A DNA stretch of 64,000 nucleotides. Source: Pseudomonadales bacterium (GTDB taxonomy: Bacteria; Pseudomonadota; Gammaproteobacteria; Pseudomonadales; Azotimanducaceae). Location: contig JADHNU010000003.1 of NCBI GenBank assembly GCA_016779325.1, positions 14,874 to 78,873 of the forward strand, written 5' to 3'. Shown piece after piece: positions 30,816 through 40,460 of this stretch. The translations under genes and the position numbers were made by a program. The notes beneath the pieces were generated by a model. That model was not told the DNA's origin. It searched no databases and saw only the letters and a program-made list of their open reading frames with translations. The stretch's first letter is position 1. Every line of letters begins with the position of its first letter.

Positions 30816-31978
30816 ACCTTGAGCACGCCCTCGACTTGCCTTAACGCAGCCAGCACGGTCTCCGTCACCGCGCCCTCCACGTCGATGAGGTTGTAGGCCA
30901 CGGCGTCCCGGCTTTTGTTGAGCATGTCGATGACATTGAGATTGTGCTCCGCCAGCACCGACAGAGCGGGGCCCAGGCGGTTCGGGCGATTTTCGTTGAT
31001 GACCGCCAAGCGGGTGCCTGCGGCCTGTTCAAGGACCACGGGCGGGAAATTGACGCTGTTGCGAATATTGCCGTGCTCGAGGAAGTCCTTAAGCTGCTCC
31101 GCCGCCATGACGGCGCAGTGAGTTTCCGCTTCCTCCGTGCTTGCGCCCAGATGGGGGAGGAGCAAGGCGCCGGGCAGACCCAGGAGGGCCGTTTCGGGAA
31201 AATCCGCCACGTAACGGGCGAGGCGGCCCGCCTTCAGGGCCTCGGCAACGGCCTCGGGCTCCACAATCGGACCCCGAGCAAAGTTCAGCAACACGGACCC
31301 GGGACGCAGCTGGGCAAGGGCCTCTCGGTTAATCAGGCCACGGGTGTCCGGCAACGCTGGCACGTGCAAGGTCACAAAATCGGAGCGCGCCAGCAAAGAC
31401 GCAAGGTTCTCCATGCGCTGCACCTCCCGGGGCAGGCGCCAGGCGGCATCCACGGAAATCGCCGGATCGTAGCCGAGGACGGACATCCCCAGCTGCAGCG
31501 CAATATCGGCTACCCGCGCGCCAATCGCGCCTAGGCCCACCACGCCCAGCGTTTTGCCCGCCAGCTCCCGACCCGCAAAGCGCTTTTTCTCCCCTTCCAC
31601 CCGTGCATGCAGGGCGTGCTCGTCGAGCTCCGCGGGCAGCGCCTGGGTAAAAGCCAGCGCGCCGGCCAAATCCCGGCAGGCCAAAAGGAGGCCCGCCACG
31701 ACGATCTCCTTCACGGAGTTGGCGTTCGCGCCCGGGGTGTTGAACACCACAATGCCCTGCTCCGTGAACGCGTCTACGGGGATGTTATTGACGCCCGCAC
31801 CGGCCCGCGCCACGGCCCGGAGCCGCGGGGTAGCGTCTTCTGGGGCAAGAACGTGGCTTCGCAGGAGAATGCCCTCCGGGTCGGCCAGCTCCGTGCCCAC
31901 TTCAAAACGGTTGCGAGGAAGGCGCTCTAACCCCTCGAGCGCAATTTGGTTGTGCGTCCGGACCTTAAACATCGGCAT
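30788..31978 (-). CDS. serA: D-3-phosphoglycerate dehydrogenase with C-terminal ACT domain
   Basis: 396 aa. 2-hydroxyacid dehydrogenase NAD fold GVVGLGAIGARVA, catalytic HLGAST, and a C-terminal ACT-like segment. Its 3' end overlaps the convergent mnmC by 28 bp. Confidence 0.88.
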   Translation of the reverse strand: MPMFKVRTHNQIALEGLERLPRNRFEVGTELADPEGILLRSHVLAPEDATPRLRAVARAGAGVNNIPVDAFTEQGIVVFNTPGANANSVKEIVVAGLLLACRDLAGALAFTQALPAELDEHALHARVEGEKKRFAGRELAGKTLGVVGLGAIGARVADIALQLGMSVLGYDPAISVDAAWRLPREVQRMENLASLLARSDFVTLHVPALPDTRGLINREALAQLRPGSVLLNFARGPIVEPEAVAEALKAGRLARYVADFPETALLGLPGALLLPHLGASTEEAETHCAVMAAEQLKDFLEHGNIRNSVNFPPVVLEQAAGTRLAVINENRPNRLGPALSVLAEHNLNVIDMLNKSRDAVAYNLIDVEGAVTETVLAALRQVEGVLKVYHFGEDVG

Positions 31979-32065
31979 TCCTTAATTCGGCGTTCTACGT
32001 CCCCAGCGACGGGGGGCGCATTCTACCCTGGCCACGGCGAGGCCGGGGGGCGCTATACTCGCCCC

Positions 32066-32701
32066 ATGACACCTTCTCCCCTAAAGCGACGGCGAGAGCC
32101 ATCCCAGGCCCGCGGCCGACAACGCGTCGAAGCCCTCCTGAAGGCCACGGCGTCCCTGCTCGAGGAAGTGGGCTACGACGGGCTCACAACGAAAGCCATC
32201 GCGGAGCGCGCCCAAACCTCCATCGGTTCCTTCTATCAGTTCTTTCCCAACCGCGATGCCGCGGTAGCAGCCCTCGTAGACGGCTATGAGGCGGACGTCC
32301 GCGCCTTCCTCCATAGCCACGCCGGCGACCAACTCGAGGAAGCGGGCGCGCCCATCGGGGCCGAATGGGTTGGCTCGCTTGTAGACGGGCTGAGCGCCCT
32401 GTACGCCACCTTTCCAGGCTTTCTCGGCCTCTGGGCCGCCCAGGTAAAGGATAATCCCCTACAGCGGGAAGCCCAGAAGCTGCGGGATGCGCTCCAGGAC
32501 AGCCTCGATGAGATTCTCCGCCAGCGCTTTCCGAAAGTGCCCGCAGCCCAGCGAAATCGGTGCTTAGTGATGGTCATCGAGACCGGGCACAGCCTGCTGA
32601 ACGCGGCGGAAAGCGCCGACGATGCCCGGCGCCAACTGCTTCAGGAAGAACTGAAAGTCATGCTGGCAGGCTACATGAGCCGCTATTTCCGGGACGCTTA
32701 G
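32066..32701 (+). CDS. TetR/AcrR-family transcriptional regulator
   Basis: True start MTPSPLKRRREPSQARGRQR; HTH motif TTKAIAERAQTSIGSFYQFFPNRDA. A TATACT -10 element ends 6 nt before the ATG. Confidence 0.88.
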   Translation: MTPSPLKRRREPSQARGRQRVEALLKATASLLEEVGYDGLTTKAIAERAQTSIGSFYQFFPNRDAAVAALVDGYEADVRAFLHSHAGDQLEEAGAPIGAEWVGSLVDGLSALYATFPGFLGLWAAQVKDNPLQREAQKLRDALQDSLDEILRQRFPKVPAAQRNRCLVMVIETGHSLLNAAESADDARRQLLQEELKVMLAGYMSRYFRDA

Positions 32702-33765
32702 GCGGCTAGGGCACGCAGCAGGGCCAAAATTCGACCCACCGCATCGGGCGCCTGAAAGGTTGCTAGGCGCGTCCGCAGGGCCGGCGCTGCCTCCACTAAG
32801 GCATCAAGGGCCTGCGTCAAACGATCCCCCGTCAACCCCGCTTCGCTGACCACTCGGACAAGCCCTTCCCCTTCGGCCCAGGCCGCATTTTCCAGCTGAT
32901 CGCCGCGGCTGGCTGCTCGCCCCAGGGGGACGAGGAGGCTGACTTTCTGGAGGGCGAGCAGTTCGAAGAGGCCATTCGCCCCGGCCCGAGACACCACGTA
33001 GTCCGCCGCCGCCAGCACGTCGCCATAGGCCTCGTCGAGATAGGCATACTGGCGATAGGCCGGCCCTCCTAGGCCCGGCGCCTCCTTACCGGCGCCACAC
33101 AAATGCACGATATCGAAGCGCTGGGAAAGCGAGGCCAGGGCCTCCCGGAGGGCCTGATTCAGCGCGGCCGCGCCCAGGCTCCCCCCCACCACAAGCAGCA
33201 CGGGACGGTCTCCGGAAAAGCCGAGGACGCGAAGCCCGCGGGGCCGGGAGCCGTGAAGCAAGGCGGGGCGTAGGGGCGAGCCGACGTGCTCGAGGCGCCG
33301 AGCCCGGGGCACGCGGGTGGCCTCGAAGGTGGTGCACAACACGGTCACGAAGGGCGCCACGAGGCGCGTGGCCAAGCCAGGGGAATAATCGCTTTCGTGG
33401 GCCACCACGGGAATGCCCCGGAGCGCGCCGCCGATGACAGCGGGCACGGAAACGAATCCGCCTTTAGAGAAGATGACCGCGGGCCGAAGGCGCCCGCAGA
33501 GGCGCCAGCCAACCCACAGGCCGGCCAGCACCCGCAGCGCATCAAGCCCGTTGGCCCAGGAAAAGTAGCGCCGCAGCTTTCCCACGGGCACGACGTGATA
33601 GGCCGTTACCTGGTCCTGAACGAGACGGCGCTCCATCCCCGCGGCGCTACCCGCGTAATGCACTTCCCAACCCTCGGCCTGCAGCGCCGCAAGGAGCGCG
33701 AGATTGGGGGTCACATGGCCCGCAGACCCACCCCCGGTGAGCAAGATGCGCTTGGGCATCCTCAC
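32698..33765 (-). CDS. GT28-family MurG-like glycosyltransferase (Gram-positive-type sequence pattern)
   Basis: 355 aa with TGGGSAGHVTPNLAL, GKLRRYFS, FSKGGFVSVP, HESDYSPGLA, GGSLGA and SRGDQLENA. From memory this is closest to the Staphylococcus-type MurG pattern rather than E. coli MurG. It is not in a dcw cluster. GTG start with a 4-bp overlap onto the hda stop. Confidence 0.7.
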   Translation of the reverse strand: MRMPKRILLTGGGSAGHVTPNLALLAALQAEGWEVHYAGSAAGMERRLVQDQVTAYHVVPVGKLRRYFSWANGLDALRVLAGLWVGWRLCGRLRPAVIFSKGGFVSVPAVIGGALRGIPVVAHESDYSPGLATRLVAPFVTVLCTTFEATRVPRARRLEHVGSPLRPALLHGSRPRGLRVLGFSGDRPVLLVVGGSLGAAALNQALREALASLSQRFDIVHLCGAGKEAPGLGGPAYRQYAYLDEAYGDVLAAADYVVSRAGANGLFELLALQKVSLLVPLGRAASRGDQLENAAWAEGEGLVRVVSEAGLTGDRLTQALDALVEAAPALRTRLATFQAPDAVGRILALLRALAA

Positions 33766-34448
33766 AACGCGAGCGCCTCACGCACGAAGGGGATAGTGAT
33801 ACGGCGCTGGGATTGCAACGCCGCGGCATCGAGGCGATCTAAAAAGGCAAAGAGGCTGGCGGGGTCGCGGGGAATGCGCTGCAGAATATAGCGGGCCGTG
33901 GCATCCGATAGGCTTAGGCCGCGCACGGCTGCTCGGCGTTGCAATGCTCGAGCTCGCCCCTCGTCATCTAACACTTGGAGGCGAAAAACGCCCGCCGCAG
34001 AAAGGCGAGACGCCAAATCGGGCAGGCTCCAGGCAAAGCTGAGGGGAGCTCCGGACGCCGCGAGCAAGAGCCTCTTCCCCGCCGCCTGCAGCCGGTTACA
34101 CAGATCGAACAGCGCTTCCTCCGCCCGGCGGTTTCCCGCCAAGCGCTCCACGTCGTCCAGGGCAACTAGCGCAACCCGCTCTAGCCCCGCAAAGAGGGCT
34201 TCGGGCGCTTCGAGCACCAGGGCACTGGGCAACCACTGACTGGCGGGGACCCGATGGCAGGCCGCTTGAAGGAGATGACTTTTTCCCGACCCTGCGCTCC
34301 CCCAGAGCCAAAGACGATCCTCACCCCGCTCTAGAAAGCGCGCAAGCGCCGTTAAGGCCAGGGCGTTCTCCCCAGGCTCGAAGGTCTCCAGGGTGGCGTG
34401 GTCGCGGAGGGCAAGCGCGAGCGGCAGTTGCGCCGAAGGTCCGGTCAT
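33762..34448 (-). CDS. hda: DnaA regulatory inactivator Hda
   Basis: QLPLAL..RDHATLETFEPGEN, Walker A WGSAGSGKSHLLQA, box VII-like region. Start set at MTGPSAQ (cat 34446-34448). Confidence 0.88.
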   Translation of the reverse strand: MTGPSAQLPLALALRDHATLETFEPGENALALTALARFLERGEDRLWLWGSAGSGKSHLLQAACHRVPASQWLPSALVLEAPEALFAGLERVALVALDDVERLAGNRRAEEALFDLCNRLQAAGKRLLLAASGAPLSFAWSLPDLASRLSAAGVFRLQVLDDEGRARALQRRAAVRGLSLSDATARYILQRIPRDPASLFAFLDRLDAAALQSQRRITIPFVREALAL

Positions 34449-34978
34449 GGGCTTTCTGCCGTTGCATCGGCATCCCGGCGAGGGGGCCGCAGGCTCAACC
34501 ACGCCGCCAGGAGCCCCGTCAGTAAAAGAACATAGCGGCTGCCAAACACCAGGGGAGCGAAAAAGGCGAAGGGCGGGCCCTGCAGCGCCAGGAGCAGCGC
34601 CATGAGAAAACCCGCTTCCACCAGCCCATGCAGCCGCACGAGCCCTCCGAGGCGCGCGCCGTCGCCGGCGCGAAGGACGCCCACAGCGATCAGCGCATCA
34701 CACCCCACCAAAGCGGCCACCCATAGCGCGGGCAAAAATCCCTCCAGCCCGAGGGTCACCCATAGCGCCAGCGGTAGCACCCGGGCCAGGCTTTCCCGGA
34801 GGGCCGCGCCGGCGGTGCGCGCGCGCAGCAGGCGAGGGCCGAGGAGCGCCGCAAAGGCATAGCCCCCGAGGGCGAGGGCATAGGCCTGCGCCGTCACCGC
34901 AAAGGCTAAGGACAGGGAGAGCAGGAAAAATCCCGCTAGCGCCGGGATTTGAGACCGCATAGCGCTCACCCCTTCCAC
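34445..34978 (-). CDS. Hypothetical polytopic inner-membrane protein
   Basis: 177-aa Ala/Leu/Gly-rich ORF with roughly 5 hydrophobic segments, overlapping DUF2066 upstream and hda downstream. No family motif recognised. The start is uncertain (34978 or 34960). Confidence 0.5.
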   Translation of the reverse strand: MEGVSAMRSQIPALAGFFLLSLSLAFAVTAQAYALALGGYAFAALLGPRLLRARTAGAALRESLARVLPLALWVTLGLEGFLPALWVAALVGCDALIAVGVLRAGDGARLGGLVRLHGLVEAGFLMALLLALQGPPFAFFAPLVFGSRYVLLLTGLLAAWLSLRPPRRDADATAESP

Positions 34979-36045
34979 CGCCCTTGCCAGCTGAGCTGGG
35001 GCCCGGGAACGGTGGCCTCAAAACGCCCATCTCGATCAAGCTGATCGAGCACCCGAGCCGGCGCATCGGTGACGGTCAGGCGCAGGAGCAGCGCGTCCCC
35101 CTGCGCCTCGAGCACAAACACTTCGGCGACCCCCGCCAGCGCCTTAAGGCTGCGCAGCACCGCGGTATAGGCCTGGGCAGTCTCCACCCCATCAAGACGA
35201 AGAAAGGCCCGATCTTCCCCTTCTGCACTGAGCCGCAGGGCCATGCGTTCAAGCAAGGCTTCGGCCAACCCCTGCCCCACGGCCTGGAGCGCGACCGCCG
35301 GGGCCTCCGTGCGCAGCGCACCCTCAAAGGCCACGGGCAAGCCATAGCCGGCGTAGTCGAGGTACCAACCTTCCCCCTCCTCCCGGAGCCGAACGATCAC
35401 CTCCCCTTCGGCGCCGTAGCGGTCACGAAGCGGACCGAGAGCGTCCCAGAAGCGGCCCCAAACCTGCCAAGGCGCTACCCTTTGCAGGTCATCTAGGTCT
35501 AACAGCGGGGCGACCAGGGGCAAGGCGCGATCGGCGCCCGCCGTCAAGACCGCTTGCGTAAAGGGGTGGTTTCCGTCGAGCAAGCGCCGCTTCCCCGTGC
35601 CTTCCTCCGCCACCAACCAAAGCAACAGGCGAGGCCGGGGGCTCACCCAGGCGGGCAGCTCGGCTTGGGCGAGGAGGGACAGGACCGTGGACCGGTCGAA
35701 ACCCAAGGTCAGTAGCCAAGGACTTTGAGCGCCGCCCGGCGCATAGCTGGCGCTACGGTAGTAACGCTCCGGCGTGCGCAGGGCCTCGGCAATGGCCGGA
35801 CGCCCAGCCAGGGCGCTCTTCGGCGTGAGGCGTCGGAGCAAGGTTTCCAGGGCTTCGCGCTCGGCCACGCTCCGGGTGCGGCGGCCCTGGTCTACTACGG
35901 GCACCTCGACGTCGAACAGGTTACGCGCTTCCAGCGGCCCAGCCCGGCCCGGGGCGCCAAGCCCCAGCGCCAGCCCCACCAGCAGGGTTGCCAGCACGGC
36001 GCCCCGAGGGGAAAGCGATGCCCTTGCCTTGTGCTCTGCTACCAT
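34966..36045 (-). CDS. DUF2066-like secreted protein
   Basis: 359 aa with a signal peptide (ATLLVGLALGLGAPGRAGP). It is divergent from purM, the conserved position of the DUF2066 gene in pseudomonads and xanthomonads. The family call rests on context and memory. Confidence 0.6.
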   Translation of the reverse strand: MVAEHKARASLSPRGAVLATLLVGLALGLGAPGRAGPLEARNLFDVEVPVVDQGRRTRSVAEREALETLLRRLTPKSALAGRPAIAEALRTPERYYRSASYAPGGAQSPWLLTLGFDRSTVLSLLAQAELPAWVSPRPRLLLWLVAEEGTGKRRLLDGNHPFTQAVLTAGADRALPLVAPLLDLDDLQRVAPWQVWGRFWDALGPLRDRYGAEGEVIVRLREEGEGWYLDYAGYGLPVAFEGALRTEAPAVALQAVGQGLAEALLERMALRLSAEGEDRAFLRLDGVETAQAYTAVLRSLKALAGVAEVFVLEAQGDALLLRLTVTDAPARVLDQLDRDGRFEATVPGPQLSWQGRWKG

Positions 36046-36133
36046 AGCCCTTCCTCAAGCCGGGTCGAGCTGCCGGCGCCGCGCCTAGTGTAATGGGTCC
36101 TGCGCCCAAGCTCATGTATACGGGAGCCTATTC

Positions 36134-37219
36134 TTGGCACGCGACGACGCCCCTCGCCCATCTTTCGGGCTCACCTACCGCGCTGCGGGCGTCGATATCG
36201 ACGCCGGCGCCGAGCTCATCCGCCGCATTGGCCCTGCCGCAGCGCGCACCCGCAGGCCCGAGATGCTCGCCGGTCTGGGCGGCTTCGCCGCCCTGAGCCG
36301 CCTGCCCAAGGGGTATACGTCGCCGCTGCTGGTCACCGGCACCGACGGCGTCGGCACCAAGCTTCGCCTTGCCATGGATTACAACCGCCACGAGCGCGTG
36401 GGCCAGGACCTCGTCGCCATGTGCGTCAACGATGTCCTCGTGACCGGCGGCGAACCCTTTCTGTTTCTCGACTACTTCGCCACAGGCAAGCTCAACATCG
36501 ATCAAGCCGCCACGGTTATCGAAGGCATCGCCGCGGCCTGCGAACTTGCTGGCTGCACCCTAGCCGGCGGGGAAACGGCCGAGATGCCCGGCTTTTACGA
36601 AGACGGCGACTACGACCTGGCGGGCTTCTGCGTGGGCATTGTGGAGGAAAGCCAGCTCATTGCCGGCCAGCACCTCGCCCCGGGGCACGTGCTGCTCGCG
36701 CTGCCCTCAAGCGGGCCCCACTCCAATGGCTTCTCTCTCATTCGGCGCATCCTGGCGACCCAGCCGGGCTGCCTCGACGAGGCGCCGGAGCGCTTGGAAC
36801 AGCTGCTCGAACCCACGGCGCTTTACGTGAAAACCCTGCTCGGCGTGCTGAAGGCCGGGCATCCGATTCATGGCATGGCCCATATCACCGGGGGCGGCCT
36901 ACCGGAAAACCTTCCGCGCATGTTCCCGAAGGACGCGCCCCTGGCCCTGTCCATCGACCTGTCCAGCTGGTCCTGGCCCGAGCCCTTCCCCTGGCTCGCG
37001 GAGCTCGGCGGCGTTGCTCCCCTGGAAATGATGAAAACCTTTAACTGCGGGGTCGGCTTTGTGCTCGCCGTACCCGAGGCCAGCGTAGAGGCAGTGCTTG
37101 CGGCCCTGGGGGAAGCCGGACAGAAACCATGGCGCCTCGGGGAAATCGTCGCCGCCAGCGCCGCACCCGTGCCCGGTACCCTACACATCACCGCCGCGGG
37201 CGAGGGCCACCTTGCCTAG
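36134..37219 (+). CDS. purM: Phosphoribosylformylglycinamidine cyclo-ligase (AIR synthetase)
   Basis: TYRAAGVDIDAG, GLGGFAAL, DGVGTKL, AMCVNDV and GGETAEMPG motifs; non-ATG (TTG) start in the ORF track. Confidence 0.95.
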   Translation: MARDDAPRPSFGLTYRAAGVDIDAGAELIRRIGPAAARTRRPEMLAGLGGFAALSRLPKGYTSPLLVTGTDGVGTKLRLAMDYNRHERVGQDLVAMCVNDVLVTGGEPFLFLDYFATGKLNIDQAATVIEGIAAACELAGCTLAGGETAEMPGFYEDGDYDLAGFCVGIVEESQLIAGQHLAPGHVLLALPSSGPHSNGFSLIRRILATQPGCLDEAPERLEQLLEPTALYVKTLLGVLKAGHPIHGMAHITGGGLPENLPRMFPKDAPLALSIDLSSWSWPEPFPWLAELGGVAPLEMMKTFNCGVGFVLAVPEASVEAVLAALGEAGQKPWRLGEIVAASAAPVPGTLHITAAGEGHLA

Positions 37220-37281
37220 GACAACTCAGGCCCGGTTCAGCCGGCGCCTGGCTTCCTTAGCGTACTGCTAAGGGAGATCCC

Positions 37282-37914
37282 ATGACCCTGCGCTGCCTCG
37301 TACTCGCCTCCGGGCGGGGGAGCAACTTTGAGGCCCTGCTGCGCGCGAGCGCCGGGGCGGACGCCCCCTATGCCCTCACCGGTTTGGTGACCGATCGCCC
37401 TGCAACGGGCGCCCAGGCCCTCGCCGAGGCGGCGGGAGTGCCTCAACGTTGCCTGCCCTTTAAAGCATTCCCTTCCCGGGCTAGCTTCGACCAAGCCCTC
37501 GCGGAAACCCTGGTGACCGCAGCGCCCGACCTCGTGTTGTGCGCCGGCTTTATGCGCGTACTCGGCCCGGCCTTTTTTACCCACTGCCCCCTACCGCTGG
37601 TGAACATCCATCCGGCGCTCCTGCCAGCCCACCGCGGCCTGCATACCCATCGCCGTGTGCTGGAAGCCGGCGACCCCTTCCACGGGGCGACGGTGCACTG
37701 GCTGACGCCGGCTTTGGACAGCGGCCCGACCATTGCCCAAGCCCGGCTCCCCGTGCTCCCCGGGGAAGGGGAAGCCGCCCTGGCCGCCCGGGTTCTGCGC
37801 CTCGAACACGCCCTGTACCCCCAGGCTCTCGCCCATTTGGCCGCCCATCGGCTTGCCCCGCCGACGCCCCTGGAACTGTTTTGGGACGAGGAGGCCCTGA
37901 CCCCATGGGCCTAG
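37282..37914 (+). CDS. purN: Phosphoribosylglycinamide formyltransferase
   Basis: LASGRGSNFEAL, NIHPALLP and HGATVHW motifs; follows purM. Confidence 0.93.
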   Translation: MTLRCLVLASGRGSNFEALLRASAGADAPYALTGLVTDRPATGAQALAEAAGVPQRCLPFKAFPSRASFDQALAETLVTAAPDLVLCAGFMRVLGPAFFTHCPLPLVNIHPALLPAHRGLHTHRRVLEAGDPFHGATVHWLTPALDSGPTIAQARLPVLPGEGEAALAARVLRLEHALYPQALAHLAAHRLAPPTPLELFWDEEALTPWA

Positions 37915-38636
37915 GCCTGCGCGTCGTTCGATTAATGCTCCTAGGCTGGGCGAGCTGGGGCGCGCCGCTGGCCGAGGCCAACCCCCTTGAGCCCTTTGCG
38001 CATCAGTACGAAGCCAGTTACGAAGGGCTACCCTTTAACGCGCGGGGCACGCGCAGTCTCACCCAGCGCAGCGACGGCCGGTTCCAATTCGAGAGCACCC
38101 TGGGCGCCCTGTTTATGGGCGTGGAAGAGCAAAGCACCTTTGCCCTCGATGCGTCCGGTGATCCCCGGGCGCTGTACTACGTGACCCGGCAACAGGGCCT
38201 CGGTCGGCAACGGGAGCGACGGCTCATCTTCGACTGGGATCAGCGAACTCTCACGCGCACCGGGGATAAGCCGCGCAAGGATCCCCTCTCGCCGGGCACC
38301 TTCGACCCGTTGAATTGGCAGCTCGCCCTCGGGCTTAGGCTTCAGGCGACCCCGCCGAAGCTTGGCGCCGAAATACGCCTCACCATGACCGACGGCGGCG
38401 ACCCCACGGTCCTGCGCTGGCGCGTTGCGGGCCAGGGCCCCGCACCGCAGGGCGAAGCGGGCAGCCCCGGCGGCGAAGCGGCGCTTCGTCTGGAACGGGA
38501 ATTCAAGGCCGGGGAAGACGAAACCATGACCCTTTGGTTTGCGGAAGGGGACGGCACTCTGCTGCGCATGGAGCACCGAGAAGGGGGGCGCCTGCTCACC
38601 ATTTGGCTGACGGCCCGCGGCACCCCCGAAGCCTAG
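37905..38636 (+). CDS. DUF3108-like periplasmic protein
   Basis: True start [25 protein letters not shown] (signal peptide, ATG 37905). The gene after purN is DUF3108 in pseudomonads. The upstream 122 codons in the ORF track are R/P-rich read-through inside purN. Confidence 0.6.
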   Translation: MGLGLRVVRLMLLGWASWGAPLAEANPLEPFAHQYEASYEGLPFNARGTRSLTQRSDGRFQFESTLGALFMGVEEQSTFALDASGDPRALYYVTRQQGLGRQRERRLIFDWDQRTLTRTGDKPRKDPLSPGTFDPLNWQLALGLRLQATPPKLGAEIRLTMTDGGDPTVLRWRVAGQGPAPQGEAGSPGGEAALRLEREFKAGEDETMTLWFAEGDGTLLRMEHREGGRLLTIWLTARGTPEA

Positions 38637-39202
38637 GTGCGAGGGAGGGTGACGCCCCGCTGCCCCTGATACTTGCCGCCACGGTCCCCATAGGTGGTAT
38701 CGCACTGTTCATCCGACTCAAAAAACAGCATCTGCGCCACCCCTTCCCCAGCGTAAATCTTCGCCGGCAGATTCGTCGTATTCGAAAACTCGAGGGTCAC
38801 GTGTCCTTCCCAAGCCGGTTCGAGAGGCGTCACGTTCACAATGATGCCGCAGCGGGCATAGGTCGATTTTCCCACGCAGATCACCAGCACGTTGGAGGGA
38901 ATACGGAAATACTCCACCGTTCGCGCCAGCGCAAAGCTGTTAGGAGGGATCACGCACACAGGCCCCTGGATATCAACAAAGCTCCGGGCATCGAAGTTCT
39001 TCGGATCGACGGTGGCGGAGTGAATATTCGTAAACACCTTAAATTCATCGGAACAGCGCACGTCATAGCCATAGCTGGAGGTGCCATAGGAAATGAGCCG
39101 ATCGCCCCCCGGACCTTCCCGAACCTGCCCTCGCACAAAGGGCTCGATCATGCCCTCGCTCTCGGCCATGCGCCGAATCCAACGATCTGCTTTGATAGTC
39201 AT
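38633..39202 (-). CDS. dcd: dCTP deaminase
   Basis: 189 aa; [35 protein letters not shown] and the GKYQGQ family signature. Confidence 0.95.
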   Translation of the reverse strand: MTIKADRWIRRMAESEGMIEPFVRGQVREGPGGDRLISYGTSSYGYDVRCSDEFKVFTNIHSATVDPKNFDARSFVDIQGPVCVIPPNSFALARTVEYFRIPSNVLVICVGKSTYARCGIIVNVTPLEPAWEGHVTLEFSNTTNLPAKIYAGEGVAQMLFFESDEQCDTTYGDRGGKYQGQRGVTLPRT

Positions 39203-39223
39203 AGGGCGGGCTCTCGCAAGGGG

Positions 39224-40327
39224 TTAGTCGTCAAGAATGGTGATTTCCGGGGCGTCGGCACCGCCACTGCGGCAGGCGAGGCGCGCCCCAAGGAGGCGGC
39301 CCACGTCCCGATAGAGCTGGGCTTCCGGCCCCGTGGGATTGGCCGCAACGGTGGGACAGCCGCTGTCCGCATCCTCCCGAATGCCCAAGGACAAGGGAAG
39401 GGCGCCGAGCATGGGCACGCCATACTGCTCGGCCATGCGCAGGCCGCCACCCGCACCGAAGAGGGGCTCGGCGTGGCCACAGGCGCTGCACACGTGCACG
39501 CTCATGTTCTCGATGATGCCAAGCACGGGCACGTCCACCCGGCGGAACATTTCGATGCCCTTCTGAGCATCGAGCAGGGCCAGATCCTGGGGCGTGGTCA
39601 CAATCACTGCTCCCGCCAACGGCACTTGCTGGGAGAGGGTCAGGGCAATATCCCCGGTTCCCGGGGGCATATCGATAAGCAGGTAATCCAGCTCGGGCCA
39701 GCGCGTTTGCGTGAGCATTTGCTGGAGCGCGCCGCTGGCCATGGGACCGCGCCACACCATGGGCGTGCGGTCCGTGGTCAGGAGCGCCATGGACATGAGG
39801 GCTAAGCCCTGTGCCTCCACGGGCACAAAGAACTTTTCGTTCACCACCTCGGGGCGGGTCCCCTCGGATACCCCCAGCAGAAGCCCAAGGGAAGGCCCAT
39901 AGATGTCCGCATCGAGCAGGCCCACCCGGGCGCCTTCCGCCTGGAGCGCAAGAGCCAGATTGGCAGCGGTGGTGGATTTCCCCACCCCCCCTTTGCCGGA
40001 CGCCACGGCAATAATGTTGGCCACCCGCTGCAGAGGGGCCAGCTTGCCCTGGGGCTGCTGGGGCTCCACGCGCCAGTCTAGGGTCAGCTGCAGCCGCTCC
40101 GGGTCCACCAGTGGCGCCAGCGCGTCCCGAAGCCTGCGCTGCCAATAGGCGAGGGCCCCGGCAAGGGGATAGGGAAAGGTAAGATGCACCCGCAGCCCAG
40201 GCCCCGTCTCGAGGGCCAAGGGCGTAAGCGAGTTTAGCCGACTATGGGCCAGCAGAGGCCCCTCCGTCAGGGGATCGGTGAGTCCTTCGAGGACAGCCCG
40301 AAGCTGCCCCTCATCTACCGCGGTCAT
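39224..40327 (-). CDS. apbC: Iron-sulfur cluster carrier ATPase ApbC/Mrp
   Basis: True start MTAVDEGQL (cat 40325-40327). Deviant Walker A SGKGGVGKST and the CxxC motif CSACGH. Divergent from metG as in E. coli and Pseudomonas. Confidence 0.93.
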   Translation of the reverse strand: MTAVDEGQLRAVLEGLTDPLTEGPLLAHSRLNSLTPLALETGPGLRVHLTFPYPLAGALAYWQRRLRDALAPLVDPERLQLTLDWRVEPQQPQGKLAPLQRVANIIAVASGKGGVGKSTTAANLALALQAEGARVGLLDADIYGPSLGLLLGVSEGTRPEVVNEKFFVPVEAQGLALMSMALLTTDRTPMVWRGPMASGALQQMLTQTRWPELDYLLIDMPPGTGDIALTLSQQVPLAGAVIVTTPQDLALLDAQKGIEMFRRVDVPVLGIIENMSVHVCSACGHAEPLFGAGGGLRMAEQYGVPMLGALPLSLGIREDADSGCPTVAANPTGPEAQLYRDVGRLLGARLACRSGGADAPEITILDD

Positions 40328-40460
40328 AACCCTATCCCTTGGCTGGCGAAGCTCGCGATTATAGGCCCCAGGGGCCGCGCCAGCGAGGCCTCCCGGGTGC
40401 AATGGACAGCGCCCCTAGGTATGCTCTCGCGCCATTACCTCGCTCGGAGTTTCATGCGCC

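Noticed and set aside
34445-34978. Considered calling the 177-aa membrane protein a CDP-alcohol phosphatidyltransferase or an AI-2E/PerM-type permease because of its position next to hda.
   Set aside because: I could not find the DG(x)2AR(x)8G(x)3D(x)3D motif, and the protein is far too short for an AI-2E permease. It is left as hypothetical.
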